Under the pieces are notes generated by a model. That model searched no databases. It was not told the DNA's origin and was given only the letters and a program-made list of their open reading frames with translations. Of a stretch of 64,000 nt of DNA, positions 1-13,240 are shown in pieces. Positions within the stretch are counted from its first letter, which is position 1; each line of letters starts with the position of its first letter. Made by a program: the position numbers and the translations under genes. This DNA is from Podarcis melisellensis (taxonomy: Eukaryota), in NCBI GenBank assembly GCA_964234715.1, contig OZ174277.1; one strand, given 5' to 3'.

Positions 1-136
1 CAGGGTGAAGGTGCTGTATCAGCTTTTCGTGTGAAAGTCTCACAGAAATGAAGAGCTGAAATTGCTTCTCGAGATTCCTTGTCAATGCTGGTGACACTAG
101 AACTCCTGGATCTGCTGAAGGAGTTGTCTCTAACAT
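1..136 (-). CDS. STXBP5: STXBP5 exon 23, 5' part (cut by window edge): DVRDNSFSRSRSSSVTSIDKESREAISALHFCETFTRKADTAPSP
   Basis: ATTTCAG acceptor at 137-139; open frame continues to position 1. Confidence 0.96.
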   Translation of the reverse strand, partial: MLETTPSADPGVLVSPALTRNLEKQFQLFISVRLSHEKLIQHLHP

Positions 137-2454
137 CTGAAATATTTAATATCAATTTAAACACAATGAAAAATAGTCCATCTTCCCTTTAAAGGACAGT
201 TACAAACAGTTTAGCTATAAGGCGTCTATAAAAACTCAATTCACTACAGTTAAGTCCATTTCACACATTGCATGTTTTTGGTGAACACTTAAGTAACAAG
301 TGTGAAAGAAATGTGTTTGAACATACACATATATGCCCACAAGAGCACCATCACGGTCTACAAGTATCAACAAAGAAGTGAATCTATGTATCTGTACATG
401 AAAAGTAGCTTGCAGAATATACCATACTTTATCATAATCACATTTATCTTTTAGATAGGACAACACAGCTGTGATCAAGTAATTTTTTAAAAAAAAGATA
501 TATATCATAATGTTGCATGATGCGCCATTTCTCAGACCAGCTTGGTCATTTTCTTTCTGACTAGTTTTATGAGATTCTATGCACTATGGAGGAAAATGAT
601 GTAAACATATTTTAAGTTCTTTTACAAACATACACAAACACACACAAACACACCCACTTACACACAGAGAGCTATTGATTTCTTTTTTAGTTCAGATTAC
701 TAGTTCTCACTATTTTTTAAAGCTAGTTATTGCAACTTTAGGACAGAGGATCTATTTGCTTATGTAAATTAGATGAACCCATAAATGTACTTTTTTTTTT
801 TAAACACCAATATAATATTAGGTCAGATTTCTGAGCCAAAAACTAGAGCTGAGACACTTAAAATATATATTCTCATAGACCACCCAGCCACAGAATCTAT
901 TGAACGTGTGTATTTAATGTGAAGAGATAGGGAAGGGGATGGTGGTAGAGTACGATACAGTTGTCTAGATAAGATTAATTATGGGTGCTTGCTTTAGTGT
1001 ATCTGTAGTATACGGTTAGCAACACAATGACGGTATTTGATAAAGGTACAGGGCAGGACCTTTCTATGGCAGTAGCATTAACTGTGAAGGCCACTGCATA
1101 AGAAGGTCAGTTCATGCCCATCTCTTTTGATGTTATTAAGTTTATCAGGAGCTCTTTGTTTCCAGTAGGGCTTTTATTATTGATAATCATGTTGATGGTG
1201 ATGATGCGTCTATTATTTTGTTATATTGCTTAATCTTATTGCTTAGTTTTAAAGTGTAGTTGTACTTTCAAAATTGTGGTTTTATTTTTATGGCAGAAAG
1301 TTTTATACAAAAACTCAATACTTCTCAAGTTATAAAACAGTGAGATTTCCAAGTTGTGTGTCCCAAGAGGAGCTGAAGTGTACCTTGAAAAGTTAAGCCA
1401 CCATGTTGAATGCACTCAACTCTCTATGCTAAAGTAGCAAGAACATAGCATTGTTCCTCCTATCCTTTGCCAATATTTCAGCAGTGAAGGCATCTTGAAG
1501 GAGAGAGGAAGAACACACTGAGATTTTCTGACACAGTTCAGTCCATGTAGATATATTGTTCAGATCTTAGATCCATTGAAAGTATGAAAATGATTTCTGA
1601 CCTATTAAATTGCCATACTGGTAATACTGTCCATTTCAAAAGTACAGTGTGTTAAAATCTCATTTTCATACGAACAGCAGACTTTTAAACCTGGTATTAT
1701 ATAGTGATTTGCTGCATTTAGTAAGCATGTTTGTAAAGAAGAACTGCAAAAAAGCAGAAGGATCAGAAGTGTGAAGAAATACTGAAATTTCAAGATTAAC
1801 ATGCACATCTGTAACAAATAAGATAAACCAAAAACCTTATAATTCACTGAAAGTAGGGAATGTGCCTGACATTGATTTCTGCCTCTTTGACTTTTAGTTT
1901 GTACCTTTCTTTTGATAGAAAACTCTATAGTACTATTTCCTTAGTAAAACTGCAATGGCTTTAATGGACACGTAAATTTGCTAAGACATACTTCAAGAAA
2001 ACAGCATGATTTCATAAAGGCATTCAGATTTAAACATGAGCGTACGCCTACTGTACTACTAATATATATATACATGATTTTAGTTTTATATGCCAATGGT
2101 CCAATCAAAATCAATAAAGACCGACACACAATTATATCCCCATGGGATCTTAAAACCTAAGGCCTCACTATTGAGGCCATGATCTGAAGAACTATGAAGT
2201 TCCATTTCCTAAGGGTACTTTAAATTTTTTTAAAATTGTATCCCACTACTCCAGTATAGCAAACTATATTTAAAAGTAATGGTAGTTTCAAAGGCAGCTG
2301 TTTGTATTCTTGCCTAAGTTTCTCAAACTGTGTATACAGTTGCAGCAACACCCCATTGTGATGCACATAGCAGTTCATTAAATACTTGTTTTAAGACTCA
2401 GGTGATTGATTAGATCTTAAGAAATATTATGTAGCAGAAGCAGCAGCCTATTTA

Positions 2455-2673
2455 TTCAATTTATTTTTTTACATTTATATCTTGCTTTTACTCTAGGGAG
2501 CACAAGGCAGCACACGTTATTCCTCCGATGCCTCTTTTATTCACACAACAGTCATGTGGAATAGGTTAGGTTGAGAGAAAGTAAGTAAGCTCAAGTAAGT
2601 GAGCTGAATGACTCAATAGAGATCTGAATCTGGATCTTCAAGTCCTAACTCAACACTCTTATAACCACTGGCT
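2455..2673 (-). mobile_element. Degenerate tRNA-derived SINE (Squam3/MIR-like)
   Basis: Minus strand starts AGCCAGTGGTTATAAGAGTGTTGAGTTAGGACTTGAAGATCCAGATTCAGATC (A/B-box-like head) and ends in an A-rich tail. Confidence 0.55.
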
Positions 2674-3027
2674 ATGAAAATAGGTATATAGGATTTCCTT
2701 AAACTATTCTTGTTTTCCATACAGTGTCCAAACTGATAATAATGTGAAACACGGTGATTAAAAAACAAGAACCTAAGAAGAAAATTTCATGTCTTATTTC
2801 AATAGATTTCCCATGGTTTTAAATGAGAAGAACATAAAAGTGGCTCCAAGTAGATGGAAAAGCATTTTGCTTACATGCATTAAATACTGTCAAATTTTGG
2901 AATACAACAATGGAAATTAAATGGACTCCCCCCTACTTAGTAGTTCGGTCACTGTATGTGTTTCTTTTTCCGCAGCCTTTTCAAAAATTGTAAACATCAT
3001 TAATACAGGCTTTGAACAAACACTTAC

Positions 3028-3078
3028 CTAACTCAGGTTTCAGTTCAGTTGGTAAGCTTAATTTTCTAGACATCTTTG
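3028..3078 (-). CDS. STXBP5: STXBP5 exon 22 (51 nt, skipped in the s-isoform): AKMSRKLSLPTELKPEL
   Basis: TTTTTCAG acceptor, GTAAGT donor, phase 1-1. Its 17 aa equal the m- versus s-tomosyn difference. Confidence 0.94.
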
Positions 3079-4129
3079 CTGAAAAATAACGTATAGTTTT
3101 ATAATAAAGCTAGAATGATCACATTTTAAAGAGTTTATGAAACTAAGAATTTAAGCTGTTGGTTTCCAAAATAAGAAATCATATACAACAGTTGTAAGCA
3201 AGGAAGGTATGCGCATTTACACATATATTTGTAACAGGTTTTAGTGACAAGTGTGCAGTCAGAGTATGGCAGTGTACCTTCTTTGGAGTTATGAACAGTT
3301 ATGAACATTAGTAATTAAAATTCTCAGAATCTCTGATGTCTTTATTGTAGCGCACTGTAAGTCATTATTTTGTATGATTTCCCTGGCACTAAATGGATTT
3401 AACAATTGAGTCAAGTTTACTTAAGCCTCTTTCCAACCACCTCCCCCAAACAATGGAATACTAACACTACAAAAAGAAAACCGCTGAACCACCAAAAAAT
3501 GATAAATATTAGAAAAATTCACAGAATTACACTGTAAAGTTAAAGACCACAAGAGTGGCTGTGGCTACTGGGAGACAAATTTGTATAGAAAATAAGTTCA
3601 TGAACTATGTTCCTGTGGAAGGACTCTTTTCTCCACTGATGAGGCCAAGTTAGCCAGAACCACCATTGGCAGAGGGCAACTCCATCAAGCCCCTACCAGC
3701 AAGGAATCTAACTGCTGTCAAACAGCACTGTTCAACAGAGGGAAGAACCATGTGGAAGAAGCATCCCTGACCCAATTAGGGCACCGTTGCTCCTCTAGTT
3801 GGGCGGGGACAGTGTGCAGGTGCTTCCACCCTATCCCATTGTCAAGGCAGAGACAAACAGAACCTGAAGCAGTCTGGTCCTCTGCTCTAGAATACATCTA
3901 CATGTGGAAGCCAATCCTGCTGAGAATGCAAACCACAAGATATTTGTAAGCTGTCTTGACATATGCAAACCACTTTAAGATTTTTTTTGTTGAAAAGCAG
4001 GATATAAATGTTCTAAATAAATAAAACAAGGTAATACTATGCTGCAAGTAAACTGGACAGAAAAGTGAGAAGGTGATGGAACAGTCAAAGAACATCCTGT
4101 ACTAGTTGATACCTAAACTCCAAATATAG

Positions 4130-4520
4130 CTGGAGAAGCCTGTATTCTTTAGGACTGGTGAGCCTTTAAGACTACATTTCCCATACAAACTTGCTCAAAT
4201 GCCCCACTCTGAACCTGAGGCCCTTCCTGGGGTCTTTTCATTGATGGTGTCTAAAAGTATGCAATTCCATCTTCAGGAAGGTTTGTTTAGCTCTCCTTTC
4301 TTTCAATAAGTTAAGATCATTTTGTTTAGATGTGCTTAAAGTGGGGTGGTGGGGGAGACAGGAGAAAGGGTTGCTGCTGTTTGTTTGTTTTTAGTTTGTT
4401 TTATACCGGTTGTTGTAAGATGCGGTTTTAAATTTTATTTTGTTTTATGTGATGTAAAATTGTTATGCTTTATGTTTTGTTTGTATGGTATTGATTTTAA
4501 CCTTGCTAGTTGAAAAACCA
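4130..4520 (+). mobile_element. Degenerate L2-like LINE 3' fragment with T-rich tail
   Basis: Resembles the 3' end of the L2 copy at 18418-18891 (ggggtcttttcattgatggtgtc...tgcaattcc). Confidence 0.45.
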
Positions 4521-7500
4521 GTTCTGAGAGATTTAGTGTAGATTTTAATATGGTCACATATTACACTCAGATATCATTTTGAACAAGTTGATTTTTAAAG
4601 GCCACTTACAAGTATAATTTTTAAAATTTTGCTAGTTTTGCATTTGCTTGGTAAAAAACATATTTATTCATCCAGGTCACAGTGGAGACCTTGACAGCCA
4701 TAGGAGAGACAGACAACGACACATGCACACACAAAGAAAATTTGTAGCCATATTAAAAATGCAAGCAAATTTCAGTGAGTTCTGAAGAACTGATCAGAAA
4801 AATATATAAAGACACTCATTATTACTGGAGTATTTTAATCCATCTCACCATCAAAATTGCACTCCACATCAGCCAATAGTAAGTATTCAGTGAAAGGCAA
4901 AACAACAAACAGCTCTCAAAGAGCCCCAGACAAATCCCATCTAGGACGCATCAAACCCCAAAGCTTTAGATCTCATCAGATAGGGACAGTGCACACATGC
5001 ATACAGTAGGAATGTTACTGGTGTTTTCAATGAAAGTAGCTCACTAAACACAGATCTCAAGAACTCTAGATAAAAGCAAATCAGAAATTAAATTCTTTTA
5101 AATCAAAGTCACCATTCATTGTTTAAAATAGGCAGCCACTATCAGAAGAATCTACCTGAGAAGGCCAAACATAACATCTAAAGAGTCTGGTACTGAATTA
5201 TGACCAATGCAGATTTAAAATTGTACCAAGAGACATGACCACAGAACATAAGCAGGTGATCTAATCCTGCTCACTGAAAACACTGACCTTTGCCATAGAA
5301 GCAGCAATTGTTATGGACAAATTAGTATAATTCACACAGTACCTCTTGAAAGGAGTTCATAAATTATAATTATTGGGCATATCAGCCTAGCATGTAGATA
5401 AAACTGACACAGTGAGAACAGCATATAAGCAACAACTCAGAGGGTAAACCAATTGTCTCTTTTCCTTTACTCCTTTGCCACGCCTGCAGAATTTGTGCCA
5501 TGCCAACTTAACTGCAGTTTAAATCAGTAGGCAAAATTAACTAGCTATACATTTAATGGTGCCTGATTAATTACAGGAGCCATTTTGAAAGCAGTTCCTA
5601 TAGTTAATCATCTCTAGCAAAACAGTCACCTGCAGTCCACACCACCAGAAAATACCTTCTACTGAGGAGAAGGGCTTGCTTGTGGTTCCTCATGTTTATG
5701 ACACACACAGTTTCAGAGGATATTTGGGAAAACTAATAGTTATTTCCCTAGACAACTCTCTTCTATTGCTGTGGGTTTATTTTCTCCTTACTTTATTATT
5801 TATCTCTTTTTATGTTGCATGAATTCTGTTCAACACAAAATTGAGATATATCATCTTAAAATAACAATAATTTTAACGTTCTTTGTATGCTTTTTTCATT
5901 TCTGCAAGCCAAACAGCTGAATCTTTGTGTGCCTTTGAGTCTCCTCCAAATATATCCTTGCTATGTTGGGTGAGGCCCAGAGAAAAAAGGATGCCAGCCA
6001 CTGCAGAGCTGCCCAGCCTGGCACTGAAAGATGAGGTCATTAAAGTCAAAGTAGATCAAATTTCGGAAATATTGTGCCCACCACAGAGTCACCTGGCACA
6101 CTACATCTCCTTTCAGTGCCTAGACTGTTAAAGCAACAATACTGAGCCTACCCAGGAAGCAGCTCACCTGGTCCAGAACAATTGGTCCCCCCCCCCCAGG
6201 TCCTCTCACTTAAATGGGTGGCTCTGCAGCATCCTTCCTCCAGCTGGCAGCCATCTGCTGCTGCTTGCACCATAGGTTCACAGGGTGGGGAACAGACTGC
6301 CTACCCAGGAGGTGCAGGGGCTGGAGGAACAGATCACCTGCCTAGGGGTAAATCTTGCACAAGTCCTGGATAATCTGTATAAGGAGCATGACAAACTTCC
6401 TGGACTGTCCAAATGAAGTCTGCAAGACTGCTATTCTGTCTTATCTTAAGATAAAGCTGATAATTGTCATGAGCCAGACTTAACCTCTAGGAGCCCTCTT
6501 CATAATATGCCTCCTCTTTGTATACAGAGTAACTAAGATTACACTCTTTGAAGTCTTTCTGCTGCTTCAGCAAACAGCAGAATACTACTACTGACTGCAA
6601 CTGGACATAGCAGAGGCTACTTTCAAAAGTGGTAATTTGCCAAAGATTTTCTTTGTCCTATTGCATCCATACAGAGCCTTATGGTGGATTTATTCCAGAG
6701 GTCAATGGTCTTCTGTTCCCTCATTCATCCAGAAGTTAGAATCTTCTGTAACCAAGTCAGACATTTCCACTAGTCACTTTGCAGATAAAATGCTCGCATT
6801 GTTCTAACCTTCATGCCACAATTAGAGCAGAGTCTGAACTACAGGCTGCTCTTCCTTGGATTTAGCTTTGCCACTATCTCACGGCGATAGGATGTTTGGT
6901 AAGGCACATGTGCCATATGGATATTGTATGAACATACACCTTGACTGGTAAGAGATAGGCTAGCATCTCAAGCGGAGAGAGGAGGGAAGTAATATTTTCT
7001 TGCCAGTATCAATCACTGCCATTTAATGCAGCAGACCAACCAATACCACTCGTGTCCCTGGGTGCTGGTGGAGTTGTGAGGCAAACCTTCAGTTTCTCTT
7101 CCTCCTTTGTTATTTCTTTTTCTCTTTTGACTGCACACAATGGCAAAGCAGCAGATTTTTACCTGGAGGTAACTGGTGCTGCATACAGGTGTGTCATGCA
7201 TATCATGAAGTAACACAGCTGGAGAACTAGTGGCATGATGGCAACATACATCTCCACCCACAGTTTGTCTCTGAAAATGAACCTAATACTTTTGACTAGC
7301 ATATCTAGCACACATCAATAAATTTGTGGCATCTTCTAGGATTCTTTTTACAGACACTTATGCACCATGCCACACAGGCTGGTTGGTTAGTTACACATTA
7401 TACAGGTGCTTCCTTTAATCATGGGACTGCTTGTGGGTGACAGTTTTTGTGAGAATCTCCCCGTCATTTCCTTTTTACTCTGCTAGTAAATTAAGCCAAT

Positions 7501-8646
7501 AGACAGCAAGTAGAAACTTCCTTAATTTGAGAAGCTTCTGGTTTTATTTCCCAACCATACTAGAGCATTATGGCTGTGACTTCTTTGTGGCTGGATACCT
7601 CATTGCTCTCTTGACATTTGAATGAAAGTAGCACATAGAATGGGCATCACAGTATCCTAGAAGCCAGTCCTGTTGACACAGGAAGTGTAACAATGGAAGA
7701 GAAGTACTTAATTTGTAGTGACTTGCACACAACTTGCAGGTTAACAGATATGTTGATTGTTTCAACACATTAAAACTAAATCTATAAAATTCCCTTTGAC
7801 ACCGAATGTTGTGATAAACTGAAGATATTAAAGAAGAAACATGATCAAGAAAATAACAATTAGACAACATGCTGTAAATATGCAAATTTAGAAGAGAGAT
7901 AAGCCACTGCGGTTACTGTGAAATATATATTGTTACACATAATTAGTAAAATCTCACTACAAATAAACAATTAGATAGAAATAATGACAAATGGGAGGAA
8001 GTCTGCTAAGTAATTTAATTTCCATTCAAACAGATGACCAATAGGTTTAACAGATATACTCTAAAATAAAAAGCAGAACAACCATATCCAAGCAATAAGG
8101 TTATTTCTTATGTTCTTACAACAGAAGGGTTCAATCCACCTTATGCACGTACTGCAAACTTGGTAAGTAATTTGCAATTTAATTGTCAGTGATCAAAGAT
8201 CAGTTAGCAACAAGGATTCAGAGAGAATACACTTATTGCTGAAATACATGAATTAAAATGTTATGTACTTTATTCCCAAGAAGCTAAAACCATTGTTCCT
8301 GCATTTCAGAATTAGCGTTAACACTTTGAGAACCTATGTTAAAACCATTTTATACGGCAATGCTCACAGGATTGAACCCTTTCAGTATTTCTGAATAGAA
8401 ACCAAAACCTTTGTAGAAGGATGTGCATATTCAATTAGAGAAAATTAAGAGCCCAGTCTCTTGGATTATGTTAATAATTGAGCACAGTATATTAGCAGAG
8501 AAGCAGCCCAAAGGAACACCACTTATGGTTAGGAGAATATTAATTTAACAAATATAATGCAGCTTGCTTTGTTTTGCTGCAGAGTTAAGCGCTGCATAGA
8601 ATAAGGTCCCAGGTAAGGAGCAAAGGAGAATTTTTCTAGTTCCTAC

Positions 8647-8694
8647 CTATATCATTGGCTACCATCTTGGAAAACTTTCTGCTTTTGGTCTTCA
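8647..8694 (-). CDS. STXBP5: STXBP5 exon 21 (48 nt, b-isoform cassette): VKTKSRKFSKMVANDI
   Basis: TTTGCAG acceptor, GTAGGA donor, phase 1-1. Exons 20+21 total 36 aa, the known b- versus m-tomosyn difference. Confidence 0.93.
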
Positions 8695-8788
8695 CTGCAA
8701 ATAATATTTCAATACAAAATGTCAATTTACTAAAAATATGAGCTAATGAAAATTTATGATAATTCTCTTAAAAATAAAAATACTATAC

Positions 8789-8848
8789 CCTTTTCTATAA
8801 AATTATTCATTTTTTGATCATCATCAGAATTGTTGGGAGAACCAGAAC
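8789..8848 (-). CDS. STXBP5: STXBP5 exon 20 (60 nt, b-isoform cassette): GSGSPNNSDDDQKMNNFIEK
   Basis: ATTTAG acceptor, GTATAG donor, phase 1-1; matches human GSSSPHNSDDEQKMNNFIEK (recalled). Confidence 0.92.
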
Positions 8849-10816
8849 CTAAATGAGTGAAGATAAGAATGAAAGGGACATACGAAATGGATATTAACAA
8901 AAAAGGATGCATACAAAAAATTTACGACAGATGACAAAATGAGAAAGACTATATATCCTAATCCATATCATATGCAACAATAAACCCCTAAGTAAACACC
9001 TCTTTGGGTATTATGGATGATTTATAATTTCAGGCTTTTTTTCCTGCAAAAAAAGAGGGAGTATTCACCTATATCTCCTGCTTTATGCGTAAGGACATCT
9101 ACATTTGAGACAGATAACTTTTGCGTCTTCCGTGTTTCACTTTCATCATACACAGCTTTAATTTTTCGAACTTATGCTGGGGCTACAATTTTCTAGTTCA
9201 GATGAGACCACACAACCAAAGGAAAGCATAGAAGATACAGATTTTCTGATGGGAATTGGGAAACGGGAAACAAAACAGTCTGGAAAGGTTGCTTGTGTTC
9301 AGATTAACAAAAATATTCACATGATAATAATAGCAGGGATTCTAGTTCACATTTTAAATGTCAATTTTTGTATTATCAATATTGCCAAAATAATTCAGAA
9401 GAAATAGCTTCATTAAGGTCTAAGGTGTGTTCCAGTGCACTTATCTCTGTGATAACAAATGAAAATACAGCTACTTTTGCCAATTCTCTGTATTTCAATC
9501 CAAAAGTGAAAAGATTTGAAGTGTGGTTGTTTTGCTATTAATTACTTTAAAAACTAATTGGAAATAACATCCTTTGTTTACCTGTAAAAATGAATTTTGT
9601 AAATTGTTTTCTGCATGCATATATTTATTACATTTTAATTAAGAACATAAAAAACCTCCCCTCCCTTCTCTATGCATACCAACATGGTACAGATGAAAAT
9701 AAAAATTAATGATACAAATGATATCAGGAACTACTACTTTCAATAAGAATACTTGCTGAATTCCTTGGGAATATTACGTTCATTCTCTTCTAGTGATGGG
9801 AGGCACTCTCCTCCCTACCCAAGTCAGATTCATGATTGGGTTCAGCAAATTAATACACATGATTAAAAAAAATGGCTCAATCGAGGGATCACACCTAAGG
9901 GCAAAATTGTGTCTAGTCAAAATCCAATGGTGGGTGGGATTGCCAGAGTCATTTTCCCCAGAACCCTGCCTGCTTTTTAAGAATCAATAAATAAATTTGC
10001 CATGCACATAAGGCTGAATCTGCACAAGTTAAATGTGTGTAAGTTGCATGCTTACTGTACACAAAAAAACCCTGTTCACACTCCTGTGGTGGCACTGTAA
10101 GCCCCTCCCCCCGCTTGCTCCCTGGATTCTGTGATTATGATGATTTTGCTGCTGCTGAAACAGCAGTCAGGGAAGCAGAGGGAGGAGTTCTTTTGCTAGG
10201 TCCAATTAAAATCTAATCCACTGAAAAAGTCTCAACTCCTATTTAAGAAAAAGATAACAACTTGCCAAGTTGCATATCTGAAATAAAGATTCTAAAGTTT
10301 AATGAAATTGCTACTCACTCCTTGCTTCCTATTCTTATACTACTTTCCACCCTATTGGTTAATTTTACTATAACAGCAGCAGAAGTGACAAAAGTGGGAT
10401 GACCTTTTCCCACTTAAATTACCTCTGGCAAAGAACAACGAAAGCTCATACAAATAAAAGATCGTGATGAGAGTAGGAGTTAGAACACATTTCTACTCTG
10501 AATAATCTCTTCTTGAAACAGATAGCCCAAGAGACATAAAACACACTCCCCTTATAATATAGTATTTCCTATAGTAATGCATTCTAAACACTGTAAATAA
10601 TGAACAATGACAAATATATAAGAATGGCTTTGAGGCAAACCAAGTATTCAGCTGTATGTACTTGTCTGAATTGTGTATATTTGAGAAAACCCCTGTAAAG
10701 TTCAGTGGCATAGTAAAAATCCTTCTGGAGCATGAAAACAAAAGAGGAGAGAAGCCTGCTACAAGGCGTTTTGAAGTACTATTTGTTCTAAAGCGTTTCC
10801 AAGAACAGTTCATTAC

Positions 10817-10882
10817 CTGAGGTGGGTGACTTGCAACGATCCTCTTGTACAGCTGTACCTTCATTAATATCACAAAGACCTG
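10817..10882 (-). CDS. STXBP5: STXBP5 exon 19 (66 nt): AGLCDINEGTAVQEDRCKSPTS
   Basis: TTTTACAG|CAG tandem acceptor, GTAATG donor, phase 1-1. Confidence 0.94.
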
Positions 10883-11890
10883 CTGTAAAATACAAAGAAC
10901 ACAACAGGTTTCAACAGCTGTGGACCATTTCTAATTCTTGACACAAACATGACACATAAGGTATTTTTGTGCCCACTGGGGAAACAATCAAATCCGATAC
11001 TTAATTATATTTTTAACTAAGCGTTTTGACAAACGTGTTTTGCTGTTCAAAGTATCAGTGTTTCTTCTTTGGGGAACAGGATGATTATGAAGATTCAGGG
11101 AAAAGGGGAGTTGGTATAGATGTGCATGAAAGCCTTTTTTCAATGTGATTTTTCTATGTAATATATGTGATTAATGCAAAATTAATGGAAAATTACCTGT
11201 ATTGTAAACAGGTATATTACAAAGAAAGGTAACCAAGTTGAATATAAGAATGAACATGTAAGGACAAATAGATTACATTTAAAAACCACCATAGACCATA
11301 AAAGCAAGCTAGAATTAGTAACATTTAACATGTTTAAGTATTTGCCTATCACTGTCGTCAAAACAGATCAAATTTTGAAGAAAGGCCTAAAAATACATAC
11401 TTCAAATATATTGATCTATTTGATAACCTGTGCCCTTCTAGGCCCAAGAAACCACTAATTTCAGAAAACACCATGGTGGTAAAAAATCCAGGACTGTGGT
11501 GGTTGCTTGGAACTCTTGCTCAATCAAAGTGATAGTCAACATGTGATTTTGGCATCTAGACCATTGATAAGGATAAAGAAAGCACTGTATCCAATACAAA
11601 ACCGAAGTAGCAACAACAGGCATCACTACAGATGACGAAATGCTTGGGCCGCTTTGGAAGGAGATGCTGTTATGAAAGCTGTTGAAGTGTAAAGATGACA
11701 CTGAAAGGCAGAAGTACAAAGCCTCACAAAGCCTCATGTCAATCTGTCGTTTGTTATCTTATAGTTCTAGGTTTCATCTAGGTCCATGGGCTTTGCAATA
11801 AACAAGGTTGTCCATAATGTTGCTTGCTAGGCACTGAAGAGCTCTTGATTTTCTTTGTAAAATCACAGGAGTGGAGGCTTTCTTAACACA

Positions 11891-11921
<31 letters not shown>
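11891..11921. repeat. (CT)n(AT)n compound microsatellite
   Basis: Direct reading. Confidence 0.9.
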
Positions 11922-12344
11922 GTGTGTGTTAGTTATAAATAAAACGACATTATTCTACTTTAATATCTAGAACTCTTCAGAACTCCACAGGCAGCTTCAT
12001 GCTGGAAGACCTATCAGAGATCTGTAAAACCTATGAGAGGATACACACAAGCATTGGAAAAGTTGGTGTGGTGAAAAAAAGAGAAGCAAAAGTATTCCTG
12101 ACAAAGAGCTCCCATTGCCCCCAAAATGTTAAATGTATGGATCTGGGAGTTTTAAATGGCCTAATAAAGGTATCACCCTAATATGGATTACAGAGAAAAG
12201 TAAAACCTTTTAATTTCCCCCACAAAAAGGCCAACAATTTGTTTGTAGTTTGGCAGCCTTAAATCCAGATTGGCTCCTGTGTCTGTAAATCATATCCACT
12301 TTGACCAAAAGTGGAAAAGGTTATTTCCATTTTTAGATTTCCTA

Positions 12345-13240
12345 TTATAATATTAGTTGTTATTATTATTATTATACACCATTCACCATAAGGCCCTTGT
12401 TAAAAACAGTTAAAACAGATTACATCTAAAATATGTATCTCAGGTATCAAAGGCCAGAGTAAAGAGGTGTGTTCTAAATGAAATCCCAGTAACCTGGCTA
12501 TTGTATTTTGGACCAGTTGCAGTTTTCAAGTCATCTTCAAAGGCAGCTCCACATAGAGTGCATTGCAATAATCTAGCCTGGAAGTTATCAGTGGATGGAG
12601 TATGATGATCATGCCACCTCAGTTCATAAGGGGTTATAGCTGTAAACCAGTCAAAGCTGGAAAGAGGTATATCTAAGCATCAAGGCCAACTGAGCCTCAA
12701 ATGACAATACTGGATCCTGGACTATCCTCCCCTCCCAAGCTGTGCAGAACACGCCATGCCCCCACGTCCGGGACTCAACAACTTAGAACACATAATACCT
12801 GCGTTTTCAGGATTCACCTTCAACTTATTGGGCTACATCCCACCCATTATTGCTTCCAAGCATTGGTCTAGCACCCACATATTGGTGACACCTCACATCA
12901 AAACCCCTGATGAGAGCTCCCAGCATTTTCAGATAGATGTTACATAGCATGGAGGACAAGATGAAACCTACAGCTCCACTCCCATGGTGCCAAACAATGG
13001 TCCTCCCCAAACTACTCTCTGGAAACAGCCCCAGGAGCAGGAACAGAACCAATGAATTGCATTGCCCTCCATTACCCTCCATAGTGAAGAGAGAACAGAG
13101 AGCTACATTTTACAGAGCTGCTCAAAACATGAATTACAGATCAATCCGGAGACCAACACAGATAGAAATTTTAAGAAATGCACAGTACAATACTGGGGCC
13201 AGCACACACCCTGCTGGGTCATCTTCTACCCTGCCATTTG
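12345..13240 (-). mobile_element. Degenerate L2/CR1-clade LINE fragment (RT and C-terminal region)
   Basis: Shares blocks with 16650-17790 (aaggccaactgagcctc..atgacaa; ggaaacagccc; catattggtgacac). Minus strand reads RLDYCNALYVELPLK. Confidence 0.75.

Noticed and set aside
3637-3661. CTGATGA-GGC-caagtta-GCC-AGAAC hammerhead look-alike
   Set aside because: Second box is AGAAC rather than GAAA, and I found no stem I/III or cleavage triplet
7163-7270. Exon-like segment (TTTTCAG ... CAG|GTAAAA, 108 nt) in intron 21
   Set aside because: Open only in phases 0 and 2; in the required phase 1 it has several stops. A poison exon cannot be excluded but nothing supports it.
9000-9043. Strong acceptor TCCCTCTTTTTTTGCAG followed by 44 nt and GTGTTT
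   Set aside because: Weak donor, non-symmetric length and an early stop in phase 1
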